32,000 nt of DNA. Source: Candidatus Saccharimonadota bacterium (GTDB lineage: Bacteria; Patescibacteriota; Microgenomatia; UBA1406; GWC2-37-13). The stretch covers positions 510,001-542,000 of the forward strand of contig CP066689.1 in assembly GCA_016432445.1 (NCBI GenBank). Direction: 5' to 3'. Shown here piece by piece: positions 29,856 to 32,000 of the stretch; position 1 is the first letter of the stretch, and the number at the start of each line of letters is the position of its first letter. The translations under genes were made by a program, and so were the position numbers. A model generated the notes under the pieces. That model saw nothing but the letters and a program-made list of their open reading frames with translations, was not told where the DNA came from and did no database searches.

Positions 29856-31184
29856 ATGGAAGATGCTTATATTGTAAAGGGTGGAAAAAAACTTAAAGGA
29901 AATGTCGTAATTTCAGGAGCAAAAAATGTGGCCCTAAAAGCAATAATAGCTTCTTTGCTGTTTGAGGGATATGTTATTTTAGAGAATGTTCCCCGAATAA
30001 ATGATGTTGATGAGTTAATGAATTTGATAAGAGCACTTGGCGCAAAAGCCGCATTTAGTGAAAAAAATAAAGTAAAGATAGATTCATCAATAATGGATAA
30101 AAATAAAGTAGATCTGCTTCATGCTTCAAAGATTCGAGTTTCCTTTATGTTATTTGCTCCTTTGCTTCATAGATTTAAGAAATGTTATGTGCCAAATCCA
30201 GGCGGCTGTCGTATTGGAGCCAGGCCTATAGATAGAATTATTGAGGGTATGAAACAATTAGGAGTTAAAGTTAACTATAATTCAGGAACGGGTTTTTATA
30301 AAGCAGAGATGAAGGAAGAAGGCATTAAAGGTGAATATACCTTTGGTAAGCCGTCACATACTGGTACAGAAATTTTAATTATGCTCTCAGCTTTAGGTAA
30401 AAATAAGGTAATTCTTAATAATACAGCTTTAGAACCTGAGGTGGATGAGCTTATAAAATTTTTAAATGAGTCAGGGGCAGATATTAAGAAAGAAGGCAGC
30501 AGGATTTTAATAAAAGGTGTATCCAAACTTGTTCAAAAAAAACCTTTTCAGATCATGTCTGATCGGAATGAAGCGGTAACATTTGCAGTATTGGCTGTAG
30601 CCACAAAAGGAGAAGTGACAATTGAGAAGATTCCGATTTTTTTAATTGAAGAATTTATAAAATGCCTTAAAAAAGCAGGCGGTGGAGTAGAAATTTACAA
30701 CAATCAAAAGGTTAGATTTTTTTACCATGAAAGTTTAAATTCTTTAAACATAGAGACATCACCTCACCCCGGTTTTATGACTGATTGGCAGCCAAACTGG
30801 GCAGTGCTTATGACTCAAGCTAAGGGCGAGTCAATAATACATGAAAGAGTTTTTGAAAATAGATTTTCATATGTAAACGAATTAAAAAAATTAGGTGCTA
30901 AAATTGAATTTATTCCTTTAGGTGTAGCTAATCCAAAAGACTTTTACAATTTTGACTATAACCCAGAGAAAATATATCAGCAGGCAATTAAGATCACAGG
31001 ACATACACCTCTTCATAATGCAGCGTTGCAGATCAAGGATTTAAGAGCCGGTGCCAGCTTAATAATTGCTGCACTGGTGGCAACCGGTGAATCAGTTGTT
31101 CAAGGCGCATCCATTGTTGAGCGTGGCTATGAAGACTTTGAAAAAAAGGTACAGCTTTTAGGAGGAAAAGTTAAAAAAATATAA
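29856..31184 (+). CDS. murA: UDP-N-acetylglucosamine 1-carboxyvinyltransferase
   Basis: 442 aa. ISGAKNVALK, and the active-site loop PNPGGCRIGARPID with the catalytic Cys. EPSP-synthase-like fold sequence throughout. Confidence 0.93.
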   Translation: MEDAYIVKGGKKLKGNVVISGAKNVALKAIIASLLFEGYVILENVPRINDVDELMNLIRALGAKAAFSEKNKVKIDSSIMDKNKVDLLHASKIRVSFMLFAPLLHRFKKCYVPNPGGCRIGARPIDRIIEGMKQLGVKVNYNSGTGFYKAEMKEEGIKGEYTFGKPSHTGTEILIMLSALGKNKVILNNTALEPEVDELIKFLNESGADIKKEGSRILIKGVSKLVQKKPFQIMSDRNEAVTFAVLAVATKGEVTIEKIPIFLIEEFIKCLKKAGGGVEIYNNQKVRFFYHESLNSLNIETSPHPGFMTDWQPNWAVLMTQAKGESIIHERVFENRFSYVNELKKLGAKIEFIPLGVANPKDFYNFDYNPEKIYQQAIKITGHTPLHNAALQIKDLRAGASLIIAALVATGESVVQGASIVERGYEDFEKKVQLLGGKVKKI

Positions 31185-31188
31185 TTGA

Positions 31189-31194
31189 TATAAT
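31189..31194 (+). promoter_or_regulatory. -10 element, leaderless geometry, for the downstream nucleotidyltransferase gene
   Basis: TATAAT (31189-31194), then 5 nt to ATG 31200. A second TATAAT at 31180-31185 overlaps the murA stop. Confidence 0.35.
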
Positions 31195-31199
31195 AAGTT

Positions 31200-32000
31200 A
31201 TGGTGCAGATTGACAATATACTTTTGCTAGCTGGGGGGGATTCTACGAGATTTTGGCCTCTTAAAGAAAAAAACTTAATGAAATATTTGGGTAAAACACT
31301 TATCGTTCATCAAATTGATCAATTAGCTAAAAAGTCTGATCGTTTGATAATCGTGGCGGGAATTCACAATAAAGAAGCAATAGAAAAGATTGTTGAACAA
31401 CAGCCGGAAATTAGCGGTTGCGCAATTGAGATAATTCTTCAAAATGAAAAGTTAGAAGGTCAAGGAGGGGCAGTACTTTCGGCTAAAGGTAAAGTAAATG
31501 GAGATGTATTGATATGTAATACCAATGATATTTTTGATTATTCTTTTATAGATAAACTAGCAGAAACTAAAGAAAAAAAAGATTTTATTTTTTTAGCTAA
31601 AAAAGTAAATGAATATTTTCCCGGAGGCTATGTTGAGTTTGATGAAAACAATAAAATCAAAGGAATCATTGAAAAACCTGATCCTGAAAAAGTTCCTTCT
31701 GACATCACAAAACTTGTTGTTGATTATTTTGCTGATTTTGAAGAGCTTACAAGTGCATTAGAAAAAGTTACAACTGATAAAGATGACTGGTATGAACAGG
31801 CTTTATGCAAGATTATTGAAAAGACTAATAACTCAGATTATCTGCTTTATGACAGCTATTGGTACACTATTAAATATCCTTGGCATATACTTGATATGAA
31901 TAATTATTTTCTTTCTCAGATTAAGCAAACTTATATCGATAAAAGCTCATTAATATCAAAAAATGCAGTTCTTGAAGGAATGGTGCATATCGGAAAAAAT
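31200..32000 (+). CDS. sugar-phosphate nucleotidyltransferase (GlmU/RmlA-like NTP_transferase), 5' partial, runs off the window
   Basis: Not in the ORF track because no stop is reached. My translation from ATG 31200 is stop-free for 267 codons: MVQIDNILLLAGGDSTRFWPLKEKNLMKYLGKTLIVHQI... The LAGGxSTRFWPL motif matches the G-rich nucleotide-binding loop of this family. Confidence 0.7.
   Translation, partial: MVQIDNILLLAGGDSTRFWPLKEKNLMKYLGKTLIVHQIDQLAKKSDRLIIVAGIHNKEAIEKIVEQQPEISGCAIEIILQNEKLEGQGGAVLSAKGKVNGDVLICNTNDIFDYSFIDKLAETKEKKDFIFLAKKVNEYFPGGYVEFDENNKIKGIIEKPDPEKVPSDITKLVVDYFADFEELTSALEKVTTDKDDWYEQALCKIIEKTNNSDYLLYDSYWYTIKYPWHILDMNNYFLSQIKQTYIDKSSLISKNAVLEGMVHIGKN

Overview
AT-rich bacterial chromosomal window. 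Hand-counted 60-nt samples give about 25-37% GC in most genes. Genes are compact and often overlapping, almost none has a Shine-Dalgarno sequence, and the standard genetic code applies. Gene content and style suggest a small-genome Patescibacteria/CPR-type bacterium (inference only).

Recognisable content:
- metG (-), then rpsO-pnp (+).
- A solitary IS200/RAYT-like HUH tyrosine transposase gene, then ftsK (+).
- A minus-strand envelope operon: murJ, a thymidine/AMP-phosphorylase-family gene, mltG and a degenerate HAD-like ORF.
- A reduced dcw cluster on the + strand: mraZ-rsmH-ftsL-ftsI-murE-pgeF-(unknown ORF)-murC-murB-murA, then a partial sugar-nucleotidyltransferase gene.

Main candidate for a new system: an ~8 kb six-gene minus-strand operon (13058-21038) between murJ and mraZ.
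- It contains a MoxR/midasin-like AAA+ ATPase.
- It also contains a protein combining an HExxH peptidase motif with a VWA (MIDAS) domain.
- This pair is bracketed on each side by a tandem pair of diverged paralogs. These belong to an unrecognised family with an N-terminal [FY]CQTF helical module, alternating LEEV/LKKxGG solenoid repeats and a conserved KLKF-G tail.

Other notable signals:
- A dispersed heptamer-phased repeat with a 19-nt exact core, present three times immediately 5' of dcw genes and once in frame inside rsmH.
- A recurring '-10 hexamer, then 5-9 nt, then ATG' layout that implies leaderless mRNAs.
- Two ~47-50% GC islets carrying strong AAGGAGG sites and elaborate hairpins.
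- A 28-bp perfect palindrome inside the transposase gene.
- A closed four-hairpin element at the metG 3' end.

No rRNA, tRNA or CRISPR array was recognised by eye.
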